64,000 nt of DNA from Candidatus Helarchaeota archaeon (GCA_019058315.1 JAHPZH010000004.1:160001-224000), one strand, 5' to 3'. Shown: positions 40,988 to 50,197, numbered from the stretch's first letter. Numbers and translations are program-made. Notes: generated from the sequence alone by a model not told the origin.

Positions 40988-41500
40988 TTGCCAGATGAAG
41001 ATTTAACTAAAGAATTAATCGAAGGACCAGACAAATTAATAGAGGTAATAGAAAAAAAAGATATTGATAAGAAAGATCCTTTAAGTTACACTAAGACACT
41101 TAAAACTTATTTATTTGATAACGAAATTAATGCTACAATTTTAGCTTCTGATAAACCAAATGCAAATAAATTTAGTGGAATTGTTGAATGGATAGGTGAT
41201 CGAAGAGATGATGAAAAAGGTTCCGAATTTTTTATTCGATCTAGAAGTGAGGGAAAAGTAATAACTTTTGGAATAAATAATGTGAAAATCTGTAATTATA
41301 ATCCACAAAAAAGAAGTTTTAAAATAATTCAGAATCCCGTCACTTGTCCTGTTTGTAATCAACCAATCTTACCTAATCAAAGTACCATAACATGTCCAAA
41401 TTGCCATGTAGTAGCACATAAAGATGACTATTTAGAGTATTTGAAGATGAAAGGCGAATGTCCATCTTGTAGTGCTAAATTAACACTGAAAGGTAAATAA
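40988..41500 (+). CDS. RING-like Zn-finger protein (putative E3 ligase)
   Basis: C-terminal CPVC-x12-CPNC-x4-H-x2-D-x10-CPSC. Confidence 0.75.
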   Translation: MPDEDLTKELIEGPDKLIEVIEKKDIDKKDPLSYTKTLKTYLFDNEINATILASDKPNANKFSGIVEWIGDRRDDEKGSEFFIRSRSEGKVITFGINNVKICNYNPQKRSFKIIQNPVTCPVCNQPILPNQSTITCPNCHVVAHKDDYLEYLKMKGECPSCSAKLTLKGK

Positions 41501-41796
41501 AACATAAAAATTTGAAATTATTTACTATATCCTAAAAATTTCTCCTTTTTTAAAACCACAAATTTGAAAATAATTTCTAGCTAATTAATTTCTAATTTAA
41601 TAGTTTAAGAATTTGTCTTATTACATTTAATCTATTAATAATAGTTATTGAAATGAATAATCATTAAGATTTTTATCCGACAAATATTTTATGATTTTTA
41701 TTTTAAAAAATAACTAGTCATTATCAAGCACAAAACATAAGGTTTATTTAGTTTGAATTTTTTAATTATGTTGTAAATCTTGATGGAAGTGGTTAT

Positions 41797-42996
41797 ATAC
41801 CCGACGCAATTAAACCCAAAAAAAAAGCGCTAGGCGACAACGATTATTTATTATCTTATTCGCGTCATCTTGAAAGACGCATAAGAGCACTAGAAACAGA
41901 AAAACAAATATTAGAAGCTGAAAAAATTCGATTTGAACGGGAAATTCGCACTCTTAAAAATGAATTGGACAGAATGAGACAGACACCTTTAGTTACAGCT
42001 GAAATTATTGATACTTTAGAAGACGGTCGAGTAGTTGTTAAAAGTTCTACTGGTCCCAATTTTGTTGTCCACGCGTCATCTAGAATTCCTAAAAGTGATT
42101 TAAAAGCAGGAAGTCGCGTTTCGCTTAATCAGAGACATTTTTCCGTCATGGAAGTCTTACCTGGCGAAACTGACCCATTTGTAAGGGGTATGGAAGTAGA
42201 GACCGCCCCACCTGTAACCTATGCAGATATTGGAGGTCTTGAAGATCAAATCAGAGAACTTAAAGAAACAGTTGAGCTTCCTTTAAAACACCCAGAACTT
42301 TTTATTAAGGTTGGAATCGAACCTCCTAAAGGAGTTCTTTTATGCGGTCCTCCAGGAACTGGAAAAACATTGACTGCAAGAGCTGTTGCTCATGAAACTA
42401 ATGCTACATTTATTCGGGTAATAGCAAGTGAACTCGTCCAAAAATTTATCGGTGAAGGGGCAAGATTAGTACGAGAAATATTCCTTATGGCCAGAGATAA
42501 AGCCCCAACAATAGTATTTATTGATGAATTGGACGCCATTGGCTGCAAGCGTCTTGAAGTTGCTACATCTGGAGACAGAGAAGTTCAAAGAACATTAATG
42601 CAATTACTATCCACTTTAGATGGCTTTGATTCAAGAGGCGAGGTCAGGATAGTCGCTGCCACAAACCGTCCGGATATAATAGATCCTGCTTTATTGAGAC
42701 CTGGTCGATTTGATCGTATTGTAGAATTTCCATTTCCTAATGCTGAAGCAAGACTTCAAATATTTAAAATTCATACTCGTTTAATGAACTTAGAAGAAAC
42801 CGTTGATTTTAATAAATTGGTTAAAATGACTGATGGTGCTTCTGGTGCGGATATAAGAACAATCGCTGTTGAAGCAGGAATGTTTGCAATCCGAGAATTT
42901 AGAGAACAAATTAAAGAAGATGATTTTCTAAAGGCCATCGATAAAGTAATTGGCAGGGAAGAAATTTCTGAAGCACCCGATAGGATTTATATGTAA
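41797..42996 (+). CDS. pan: Proteasome-activating nucleotidase PAN (start inferred at non-canonical ATA)
   Basis: Coiled coil-PL-OB-AAA+ order; GPPGTGKT, QKFIGEG, FIDELD, LLRPGRFDR; HbYX C-terminus IYM. Frame is open upstream of the ORF-track start to TAG 41749. Confidence 0.93.
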   Translation: MPDAIKPKKKALGDNDYLLSYSRHLERRIRALETEKQILEAEKIRFEREIRTLKNELDRMRQTPLVTAEIIDTLEDGRVVVKSSTGPNFVVHASSRIPKSDLKAGSRVSLNQRHFSVMEVLPGETDPFVRGMEVETAPPVTYADIGGLEDQIRELKETVELPLKHPELFIKVGIEPPKGVLLCGPPGTGKTLTARAVAHETNATFIRVIASELVQKFIGEGARLVREIFLMARDKAPTIVFIDELDAIGCKRLEVATSGDREVQRTLMQLLSTLDGFDSRGEVRIVAATNRPDIIDPALLRPGRFDRIVEFPFPNAEARLQIFKIHTRLMNLEETVDFNKLVKMTDGASGADIRTIAVEAGMFAIREFREQIKEDDFLKAIDKVIGREEISEAPDRIYM

Positions 42997-43026
42997 ATTT
43001 CCTTTTTTTTTATAATTTTTCAGTTA

Positions 43027-43542
43027 GTGTTTAATAATTTGCAAAGACTTAGCAAGGACAATGATGATAATTTTTATTTTCTATTACAAAAAATTAGAAG
43101 TATTGCATGCTATTTATTCCATTTGAATATTCAAGAATCAGAGTTATTTTTCCCTGATAACATTGAAATTGAGATATCTAAAAAAACTCAGAGGATCAGA
43201 TATATATTTATCGATGAAAAATTAATTTGTTCAATAAGACCAAACGATGGGTTAATACTTCTAACTATAATGGGTGGTGAAATTTTAAAAAAGATAATTA
43301 AACCTCCCAGATTGCGAGTAAAAATCAATGATGAAGTCGCAGAATTTGTGAGTCAAGGTCGAAATGTCTTTGCTAAACATGTAGTTGATGCAGATATTGA
43401 AATACGTCCTCATTCAGAAGTATTAGTTGTTAATGAATCTGACGATTTATTAGCCATAGGAAAAGCGAATTTAAATCGTGAAGAGATGCTAGCATTCCAA
43501 AAAGGTGTTGCAGTAAAAGTGAGACATGGATCCAAAAAATAA
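43027..43542 (+). CDS. Stand-alone pre-PUA/PUA domain protein (archaeosine TGT C-terminal-like)
   Basis: SKKT.RIRY, GRNVFAKHV..AD..IRP..EV.VV, G.AVKVRHG. Confidence 0.88.
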   Translation: MFNNLQRLSKDNDDNFYFLLQKIRSIACYLFHLNIQESELFFPDNIEIEISKKTQRIRYIFIDEKLICSIRPNDGLILLTIMGGEILKKIIKPPRLRVKINDEVAEFVSQGRNVFAKHVVDADIEIRPHSEVLVVNESDDLLAIGKANLNREEMLAFQKGVAVKVRHGSKK

Positions 43543-43545
43543 AAA

Positions 43546-44004
43546 TTATTTTTCTTTAAGTATAATTATTGCTTTGGCTAAATTTCCTTTAGATTCTATC
43601 AAAGCTTTTTCTGCCTCTTCAAGGGATACTCCTGCTTGGTTAGAGACTAGTTTTATATCTTCTGAAGGTGGTTCATATTCCTGAACCTCGTCAATTTCAA
43701 CCGGTTCTTTGGGAGTCTCTTCCACTACTTGCTCTATCTCTTCCCCTTCTAAAGTTTGTTCTGTCCCTGTTCCCACTATCTGATAAACCTCTCCTTGCTG
43801 TAATAGCATTTTTGTAACATTTTCAGGAGTATTAATTACTATTTTATTATCATTTGTGTAAATTACAACTTTTTCTACATTCTCTATTTCGGTCATATCC
43901 ATGCCTTGTTTACCCATCTTCCGCATCATCTTTTTCATAGATCTTGAACTACTGCCTTCTTTTTGAGCTTTTAACTGTTTTTGTAATTTCTGCCATTTTG
44001 GCAT
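43546..44004 (-). CDS. nac: Nascent polypeptide-associated complex protein
   Basis: MKKMMRKMG, V..V.I, YQIVG, UBA-like DI.LV..QAGVS.EEA..AL....GNLA.AI. Confidence 0.93.
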   Translation of the reverse strand: MPKWQKLQKQLKAQKEGSSSRSMKKMMRKMGKQGMDMTEIENVEKVVIYTNDNKIVINTPENVTKMLLQQGEVYQIVGTGTEQTLEGEEIEQVVEETPKEPVEIDEVQEYEPPSEDIKLVSNQAGVSLEEAEKALIESKGNLAKAIIILKEK

Positions 44005-44022
44005 ATTAAATACCTTCAGATT

Positions 44023-44325
44023 TTAAGTGTTCGGAATTGGATAGATATAGAATAACATACAAATAAATACAAAAAATAGACATACCACTACCCACTGCCA
44101 GAAATATCTACTGCAAATCTCTGGATCATCTTTATATTTTTCGACTATTCCAGAAAGTCCGAGAGTAACTATTCCTAAAATTACAAAAGGAAATCCAATT
44201 GCTGAATCTCTTGTATTAAAATTCAATGGACCTACAACCAATAAACCTAACCACGCAAGGAATCCTAAAAAGAACCATACACTTATGTAGAGGAGAATTT
44301 TATGTAAAGAATAATTTTCGGGCAT
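44023..44325 (-). CDS. Small three-TM membrane protein
   Basis: Three hydrophobic segments; ATG 44325 preferred. Confidence 0.65.
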   Translation of the reverse strand: MPENYSLHKILLYISVWFFLGFLAWLGLLVVGPLNFNTRDSAIGFPFVILGIVTLGLSGIVEKYKDDPEICSRYFWQWVVVCLFFVFICMLFYIYPIPNT

Positions 44326-44587
44326 AATTTCTTCTTTCCTATTTAAATGAAATTTCAATCACATTGAGTGTAATATACCTATATGTTATAAATTTCTTTT
44401 CTACTATTGCTTTCTTTTACTATATATTTAAAAATTGGTAAATTTTACAAATCAAAAAGATTTTAATTTGCCCGTAATAATAATAAAAATACAATTGTAT
44501 TAATATAATTATATGTTCTGACTACGAATTAGAAGAAATTTTTAATTCTATGAAGTATATATGTTAAAATTAAGGTTGTGAAATAAT

Positions 44588-44968
44588 TTGAGCGATAAAG
44601 GTGGAGGCTTATTACAATTACTCCAAGATTTTTCGAATGATACTGGAATAACGGCGAGTGCTATTGTCTCTCGCGATGGTTTAGTTATGGCTTCAAATTT
44701 ACCGAAAACTGGATTTGAAGAGGACACCGTAGCTGCTAATGCAGCAAGAATTTTGTTTTTAGGAGAATCAACTGGTAAGGAATTACAAAAAGGGGATTTA
44801 AAACAAGTGCTCTTAAAATATGATCAAGGATCAGTTGTGCTAGCAGGTGCTGGACCCTATGCAGCAGTATTAGCTGTTACAACTGAAGAAGAAAGAATAG
44901 AATCTGGTGCAATGTTATTTGCAGTCAATATTCTTGCAAAGAAAGTGAAAAAATTATTAGAAGGATGA
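44588..44968 (+). CDS. Roadblock/LC7 (MglB/LAMTOR-like) protein
   Basis: ASAIVSRDGLVMASNLP, EL.KG.L.QV. Confidence 0.92.
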   Translation: MSDKGGGLLQLLQDFSNDTGITASAIVSRDGLVMASNLPKTGFEEDTVAANAARILFLGESTGKELQKGDLKQVLLKYDQGSVVLAGAGPYAAVLAVTTEEERIESGAMLFAVNILAKKVKKLLEG

Positions 44969-45077
44969 ATTAGGATTTATAATATTAGTTAAATTAAATT
45001 TTTCTTTTTTCTAATTACCCTTAAAAATTAGTTAGCTCATTCAAAATTATAAAAGATTTATATATCTTTTTTTAATA

Positions 45078-45179
45078 TTACAACCAGACTCTTTAGAATA
45101 TTCATATCTTTCAGAGCTAAATCTGGAGAATATTCAAAGCGATGGTAACACGTGATTAAAGAGAATCTGAAAATTGTAA
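45078..45179 (+). promoter_or_regulatory. Candidate structured 5-prime leader RNA (or ncRNA) upstream of alba
   Basis: Nested complementary segments TTACAA/TTGTAA, CAGA/TCTG, CTCTTTA/TAAAGAG, GAATATTC/GAATATTC, TTCAGA/TCTGGA, plus a GTAA (GNRA) hairpin. Confidence 0.55.
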
Positions 45180-45203
45180 GCTGGAAAAAGGTGACAAAGA
45201 AAA

Positions 45204-45491
45204 ATGTCAAATGATAAAAAAGATAATTCGATTTTTATTGGACAAAAAGATACAATGAGCTACGTACTAGCTTGTATAACAGCGGTCCAGGCTGGAGCCA
45301 AAGAATTGATTTTAAAAGCTCGAGGTAGAGCTATTAGTAGAGCTGTTGATGTTGCAGAAATCTGTAAAAATAGATTTATGAAAGATCAAGTTCAAATTGA
45401 TAAAATTGATATAGGGACTGAACAAATACAAAGCAAAGACCGCGGAACATTTAGTGTTAGTACAATGGAAATAACTTTAAAATTTAAATAA
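45204..45491 (+). CDS. albA: DNA/RNA-binding protein Alba
   Basis: IFIG.K..M.YV, KARGRAISRAVDVAE, VS.MEI.L. Confidence 0.96.
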   Translation: MSNDKKDNSIFIGQKDTMSYVLACITAVQAGAKELILKARGRAISRAVDVAEICKNRFMKDQVQIDKIDIGTEQIQSKDRGTFSVSTMEITLKFK

Positions 45492-45528
45492 TATGTAAGG
45501 CATTATGCCATCCAATTTTTTTTATTTT

Positions 45529-46638
45529 TTAATATGATACATATTTTCTCAATGAACGAATAATTTTAAGTAAATTTCTTATATGTTTATCTTTTTCTTC
45601 AACTTTTTCTTCTAAATTTGTTAGTTCTTGGGTTTTATCTATAAGTTCATCTTGAAATTTAGTGATTTGATCTACTAAATGTTCCATTGCCTCTTTGTCT
45701 CCCTCTAACATCATAAGGCTTTTTTGTCGCTCTTCCTCCGTCTCAATTAATCTGGTTTCTAGTTTTTTAACTTCGGTTTTTAACTCTATTCTTTCTAATT
45801 TGTCCTTCAATTTTGTTTCTTCGTCTATTTTTATTTCCGTTGAAGTTTCTATCGTTTCAGCTGGAATAAATTTTTGTTCTAAAGTTTGTAATTCAATTTC
45901 ACTTAATTTATTCAAACCCTCAGTTAAAATTGCTATAATTTTCATTAGTAAATCAAAGGAATAATCAAGTACAATTTTTTTATATTCTTTGATTGGAGTA
46001 GAACTCTCTTCAAAGATGTATGATACAATCATTCCAGGAATCACAACAAATTTATCCGGTGTTCCTGTATAAAAATTTGCAAAATTTAATTTATCTTCTT
46101 TATATTCAGAATATTTTGCATCAGTTGCATTCTTAGTTGTCTTTGACCAAATTTCTCTTATCATATTAGAAGTTAAATCAAGAGCTTTTTTGAAGGCTTG
46201 GAATACAATAAAAGGTTTTTCTCCTTCTGATTGTTTTTGAATTAAAATAATTCCTACTATATCTGGTGCGATTTTTTTGAATTTTTCTAAGAAATCAGGT
46301 AGGATTTCTAAGAAATTAGGAATAATTATATCAGTAGTTAGATTAGGTAGAATTTTTCGAAAATTTGATGGATTTTCGCTCCTATCTAGTAATAATGAGA
46401 CAATATAATTTGGTGCTGGCCCGACATATTTCGTGGTTTTGAGTCCAGTAAAATAACTTGCAACTTTTAGATTTTTCATTGCTAAACTTCCAAAATTGGG
46501 CTCTAGGCTATTCTGTCTATGAACATTATAAATAGACATTACATCTTTTACATCTAATTTAGAAACTTGTGGATGTTGTGCGACTAAATAAGCACCAATA
46601 TCATCTCGCCATGAAATCAAGGCTATTCCATTTACCAA
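45529..46638 (-). CDS. Tandem longin/uDENN-like domains plus C-terminal coiled coil
   Basis: Two ~120-aa copies (GIALISW.DDIGA...P ... VASYFTG ... IVSLLL; VGIILI ... FANFYTG ... IVSYIF) followed by a ~100-aa heptad region. Confidence 0.6.
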   Translation of the reverse strand: MVNGIALISWRDDIGAYLVAQHPQVSKLDVKDVMSIYNVHRQNSLEPNFGSLAMKNLKVASYFTGLKTTKYVGPAPNYIVSLLLDRSENPSNFRKILPNLTTDIIIPNFLEILPDFLEKFKKIAPDIVGIILIQKQSEGEKPFIVFQAFKKALDLTSNMIREIWSKTTKNATDAKYSEYKEDKLNFANFYTGTPDKFVVIPGMIVSYIFEESSTPIKEYKKIVLDYSFDLLMKIIAILTEGLNKLSEIELQTLEQKFIPAETIETSTEIKIDEETKLKDKLERIELKTEVKKLETRLIETEEERQKSLMMLEGDKEAMEHLVDQITKFQDELIDKTQELTNLEEKVEEKDKHIRNLLKIIRSLRKYVSY

Positions 46639-46796
46639 TTTTAATCCTCAATTTATTTTTCAATATATTTGAATTATTCTTTAAATTTGCATTTTAACAT
46701 TAAACAAATATTAATATTGATTATGATTTAAAATTTAAATTATTTAAGAATTAAATAATTATAATATTTGCTAAAATAGACAAAGGAAACGAATTA

Positions 46797-46982
46797 ATGG
46801 GAAAATTATTAAGAAAATGTACTATTTGCAATAAATACACTATTAATAAATTAATATGTCCCTATTGTGGAGGACAAACTAAAAATTCACACCCTCCAAA
46901 ATTTTCGATACAAGACAAATATGGTAAATATCGTCGTGCGGCTAAAAAACTAGCTGAAAAAAACGATAAAAATATTGAATGA
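46797..46982 (+). CDS. nop10: H/ACA RNP protein Nop10
   Basis: C..C..YT...CP.CG..T...HPPKFS..DKYGKYRR. Confidence 0.95.
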   Translation: MGKLLRKCTICNKYTINKLICPYCGGQTKNSHPPKFSIQDKYGKYRRAAKKLAEKNDKNIE

Positions 46983-47043
46983 AAATTTATAAATCTAAAA
47001 TTAAGCTAAATTGTTTATCTGACTTTTTTTAGGAAGGTTAAAA

Positions 47044-50000
47044 ATGAGTGGAAACGAAAAAGTTGAGGATGTAGCAGAAAAAGCACTTATCGAACTCGGC
47101 TTATCTGAAAAAGAAACTTCTGCTTACTTAAGCATTACCGGCAGAGGACCTGTTAGTATTGGTGAAATCGCTATTCACGGTCAATTAAAAGAAGAAGAAG
47201 CAAAATCTGTAGCAAATAAATTAATAGATTTAGGGTTATTAAAAGTTACACCCGGAACAACACCAAGATATGAAGCTATCCCCCCTTATTCTGCCTTACT
47301 AAAACAACTAACTGAATTTGGAGATTTACTCGAATCTTTAAAAAAATCTGTTCCAAAAGAACTTTCAGATCAATTTGATAAATTTGTAAATTCAGTTGGT
47401 GAATTAACTGGATTACAGGACTTTTTAGAATATGTTAAATTAATTAAGGATGAGGTTCCTGCAGCATTAATTAATCAATTTATTACATTCGAAGATGAAT
47501 TCAAAAAATTTCGTCAATTAGAAGAATTTGCTAATTTTATTAATAGTGTAAAAAATTCTACTTCAAAAACACTATCCGAAAGGTTTCAAGCCATTGAAGA
47601 TGAAATTTTATCGGTTTCAGGTTTGGAAGATTTTAAGAAATTTGCTAAATCATTAAAGGACACAGTTCCCAAAAAATTGTCCGAAGAATTTCAAGGAATA
47701 GAAACTTCTACTGAAAAAGTTGCTGGAACTGAAGAACTTTTAAAATTCATTGCTGAATCCAAGAAGGATATTCCAAAAATGCTTATGGATAGGTTCTCTG
47801 GGATAGAAGATGAATTTAAAAAAATTTCTGGTATTGAGGAATTGAGCGGATTTGCCAAAGCTATGAAGGAAGAATTTCCTCCTAGATTAAAAACTCAATT
47901 TAAAGAAATTGAAGACCAAGTAAAAGGTATTTCAGGAATAAAAGAATTAGCTATATTTGCAAAATCGATAAGAGATGAAGTGCCACCTCGATTAGAATCT
48001 CAATTTAAAAGGATAGAAGAAGAAGTTAGAGGAGTTAGTGGTGTAGATGATTTAGTTCGTTTCGCTTCAGGATTGAAATATGATGTTCCTAAAAAATTGA
48101 TGGATCAATTTTCTGGTTTTGAAGATGAAATAAAAAGTGTAGGGGAATTAGCAACTTTTAGATCCTTTATACAAGAAGTAAAAGAAAATCTTCCAGAATT
48201 AATGTCTGAGGAGTTTGGTAAATTCAAGGAGGAAATTCAAAAAATTCGAGAAAAAATATTTTCCACTAGTCAAGATCAATTTTCTGATTACATGGCAATT
48301 ATGGGTGATATTTTTGGAAAATTTATTGAGACATTCATTAATGATGTAGCTATTGATGAAATTGAGAAATTACGAGTTAAATTTGAAAGAATGGTTCTAG
48401 AAGCTGTCGAAAAAATATTAGACAACATATTAGCACAAGTAATTAAAGCATCAAAAGGGGTCACTGAACAATTTGGAAAGGTAAAAGACTGGTTGGACGA
48501 AAATGTATTAAGAGGTTTCAAAACTACATTATTAGAAGTAGAGGTTGGTGCTGAACAAGTCTCAAAAGCTGTTGAGGACGGTGTAGTAAAACTAGAAGAG
48601 TGGGTTAAAAATGAAGTTATTGATACTCTAAGTAATAATCTAGCTGAAATAGAACAAGGTTCAACTAAAGCTTCAAATGCAGTAGAAGAGGGAATAACAA
48701 AATTAAGAGATTGGTTCTTTAAAGATGTTTTAGAAAATTTGAAAAATACAATGAATGAGATAGAACAAGGCGCATCGAAGGCATCAACAGCTGTTCAGGA
48801 TGGAATTAACAAGATTCGTGATTGGTTAATGAAAGAAGTTACCAATCAATTTCTTAATTCATTGAATGAAGTTGAAACAGGTGCAAAAACCGCCGATCAG
48901 GCGATGAAAGATGGAATGGCTCGAATGAAGGTCTGGTTTGATAAAGAAATTATAGAAGACTTGAAACGGACACTTTCTGAAGTAGATCAAAGTGCTGATT
49001 CCGCTGCATCCATAATTGAAAAAGAATTTGCTGAATTACATAATTGGTTTAATAAAGATATTGTTTCTGGTGTTTCTGAAATCCTAGGAAATGTAGAACA
49101 AGAAGTTGGAAAATCGTCCAAAACTGTAGTTGAAGGATTTTCTGAGTTAAGAAAAAAATTAGAAAAAGATGTTGTAACTACTGCCAAAGATACTATGGCT
49201 AAAGTAGAAGATAAAGTGGGTTCAGCTTCCGAAATGATGACAAGTTCAATAGAAAATATGAGAAAAACTCATTCAGAAAAGGTTGTTGATAGCCTACGTA
49301 AGATGCTTGAAGATGTGGAAAATCGTGTAGGTAAATCCCAAGAAACCATGTATTCGTTATGGGAAAGAGCAAAATCTTTAGTTACGTTTCGCTTCCAAGA
49401 TGTATGGTTCGTATTAGGAAGAGAAGGTGCGAGGGCCCAAATAAATGAGACTTTAGCTAAAGCAAAGGCAAGAGCTCTAATTGTTGCACCAGAGCTTAAA
49501 GATATAGATCCAGTTCCTATATTGAACTTGAAACCCCATGTTGCTATAAGAATTTCTACTCTCATAAATACAGATGATCCAAAGAGTGCAGAAGTTTTAT
49601 CTCAATTATCTTCACGAGAGAATCTAGAATTAAGAAATTATCCCGATAAAAATATCTGGGGTATTGCTAGAGAAAATGAAGAAGTATTTATTGGCGCTGT
49701 TTCTGAATTAGGAGATATTGCAGGTATAGCTTCAGTTGTTGGAGAACATCAAAAAATGTTTGTACCTATTCTTGAAGATGCATGGCTTAAGGGAAAGAAA
49801 GTTGTTATTACCCGTACAGCTCCAAAAATTAGTGTTCCTACCCCTGCTCCTAAACCCGTTGAAGTTGCTCCAAAACTTCAAGTTAAAAAACCTCAAACTC
49901 CCGTAGATTTGAAAATAGGAAGTGTTGGGGAAATTATGAAACCCGTTTATGAAGTCGTTGAAAAGGGTGTTGTTGGTCCTATCCATGATGCATTAGAAAA

Positions 50001-50187
50001 AGCAAAAACTGATATTGCCCTTAAATTTAAATGGAGTGTATGCATTTACGAAATGGGAAACTGGATTCGAAAATTGAAAAAAGAAAATTTAACAGAACAT
50101 TTGGATCCAGATAAAAAAAATCGATTATTAAAGAAATTGGATGATTGGTTGGATAGGCTTAAACAAGTTAAACCTCTAGATTCATAA
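47044..50187 (+). CDS. Giant TrmB-like protein: N-terminal wHTH, ~650-aa helical repeat insert, PLD-like effector domain, C-terminal helical domain
   Basis: LGLSEKE..AY...GEIA...L...GLL....PRYEAIPP TrmB HTH; VWFV.G....AQI...L..AK...LIVAP effector-domain start. Confidence 0.8.
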   Translation: MSGNEKVEDVAEKALIELGLSEKETSAYLSITGRGPVSIGEIAIHGQLKEEEAKSVANKLIDLGLLKVTPGTTPRYEAIPPYSALLKQLTEFGDLLESLKKSVPKELSDQFDKFVNSVGELTGLQDFLEYVKLIKDEVPAALINQFITFEDEFKKFRQLEEFANFINSVKNSTSKTLSERFQAIEDEILSVSGLEDFKKFAKSLKDTVPKKLSEEFQGIETSTEKVAGTEELLKFIAESKKDIPKMLMDRFSGIEDEFKKISGIEELSGFAKAMKEEFPPRLKTQFKEIEDQVKGISGIKELAIFAKSIRDEVPPRLESQFKRIEEEVRGVSGVDDLVRFASGLKYDVPKKLMDQFSGFEDEIKSVGELATFRSFIQEVKENLPELMSEEFGKFKEEIQKIREKIFSTSQDQFSDYMAIMGDIFGKFIETFINDVAIDEIEKLRVKFERMVLEAVEKILDNILAQVIKASKGVTEQFGKVKDWLDENVLRGFKTTLLEVEVGAEQVSKAVEDGVVKLEEWVKNEVIDTLSNNLAEIEQGSTKASNAVEEGITKLRDWFFKDVLENLKNTMNEIEQGASKASTAVQDGINKIRDWLMKEVTNQFLNSLNEVETGAKTADQAMKDGMARMKVWFDKEIIEDLKRTLSEVDQSADSAASIIEKEFAELHNWFNKDIVSGVSEILGNVEQEVGKSSKTVVEGFSELRKKLEKDVVTTAKDTMAKVEDKVGSASEMMTSSIENMRKTHSEKVVDSLRKMLEDVENRVGKSQETMYSLWERAKSLVTFRFQDVWFVLGREGARAQINETLAKAKARALIVAPELKDIDPVPILNLKPHVAIRISTLINTDDPKSAEVLSQLSSRENLELRNYPDKNIWGIARENEEVFIGAVSELGDIAGIASVVGEHQKMFVPILEDAWLKGKKVVITRTAPKISVPTPAPKPVEVAPKLQVKKPQTPVDLKIGSVGEIMKPVYEVVEKGVVGPIHDALEKAKTDIALKFKWSVCIYEMGNWIRKLKKENLTEHLDPDKKNRLLKKLDDWLDRLKQVKPLDS
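47350..49335 (+). repeat. Intragenic protein repeats: 8 x 35 aa (47350-48189) and 8 x 37 aa (48448-49335)
   Basis: VP..L..QF..IE.E...SG...L..F with period 35; AS.AV..G...L..W...V with period 37, counted from the translation. Confidence 0.85.
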
Positions 50188-50197
50188 AAAGTCTAAT

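Noticed and set aside
44509-44563. Hairpin with TGA...GA core upstream of the roadblock gene, resembling a SECIS or K-turn
   Set aside because: It is in a 5-prime position, no in-frame UGA selenoprotein was seen nearby (FwdB has Cys), and the pairing is almost all A-U/G-U in very AT-rich DNA.
2673-49986. Short antisense or overlapping ORFs in the track (2673-2912, 10525-10737, 11490-11885, 23825-24184, 28227-28730, 33203-33547, 41865-42059, 49269-49565 etc.)
   Set aside because: They lie opposite or inside well-supported genes and have the F/S/I/L-rich composition expected from antisense reading of Lys/Glu-rich genes.
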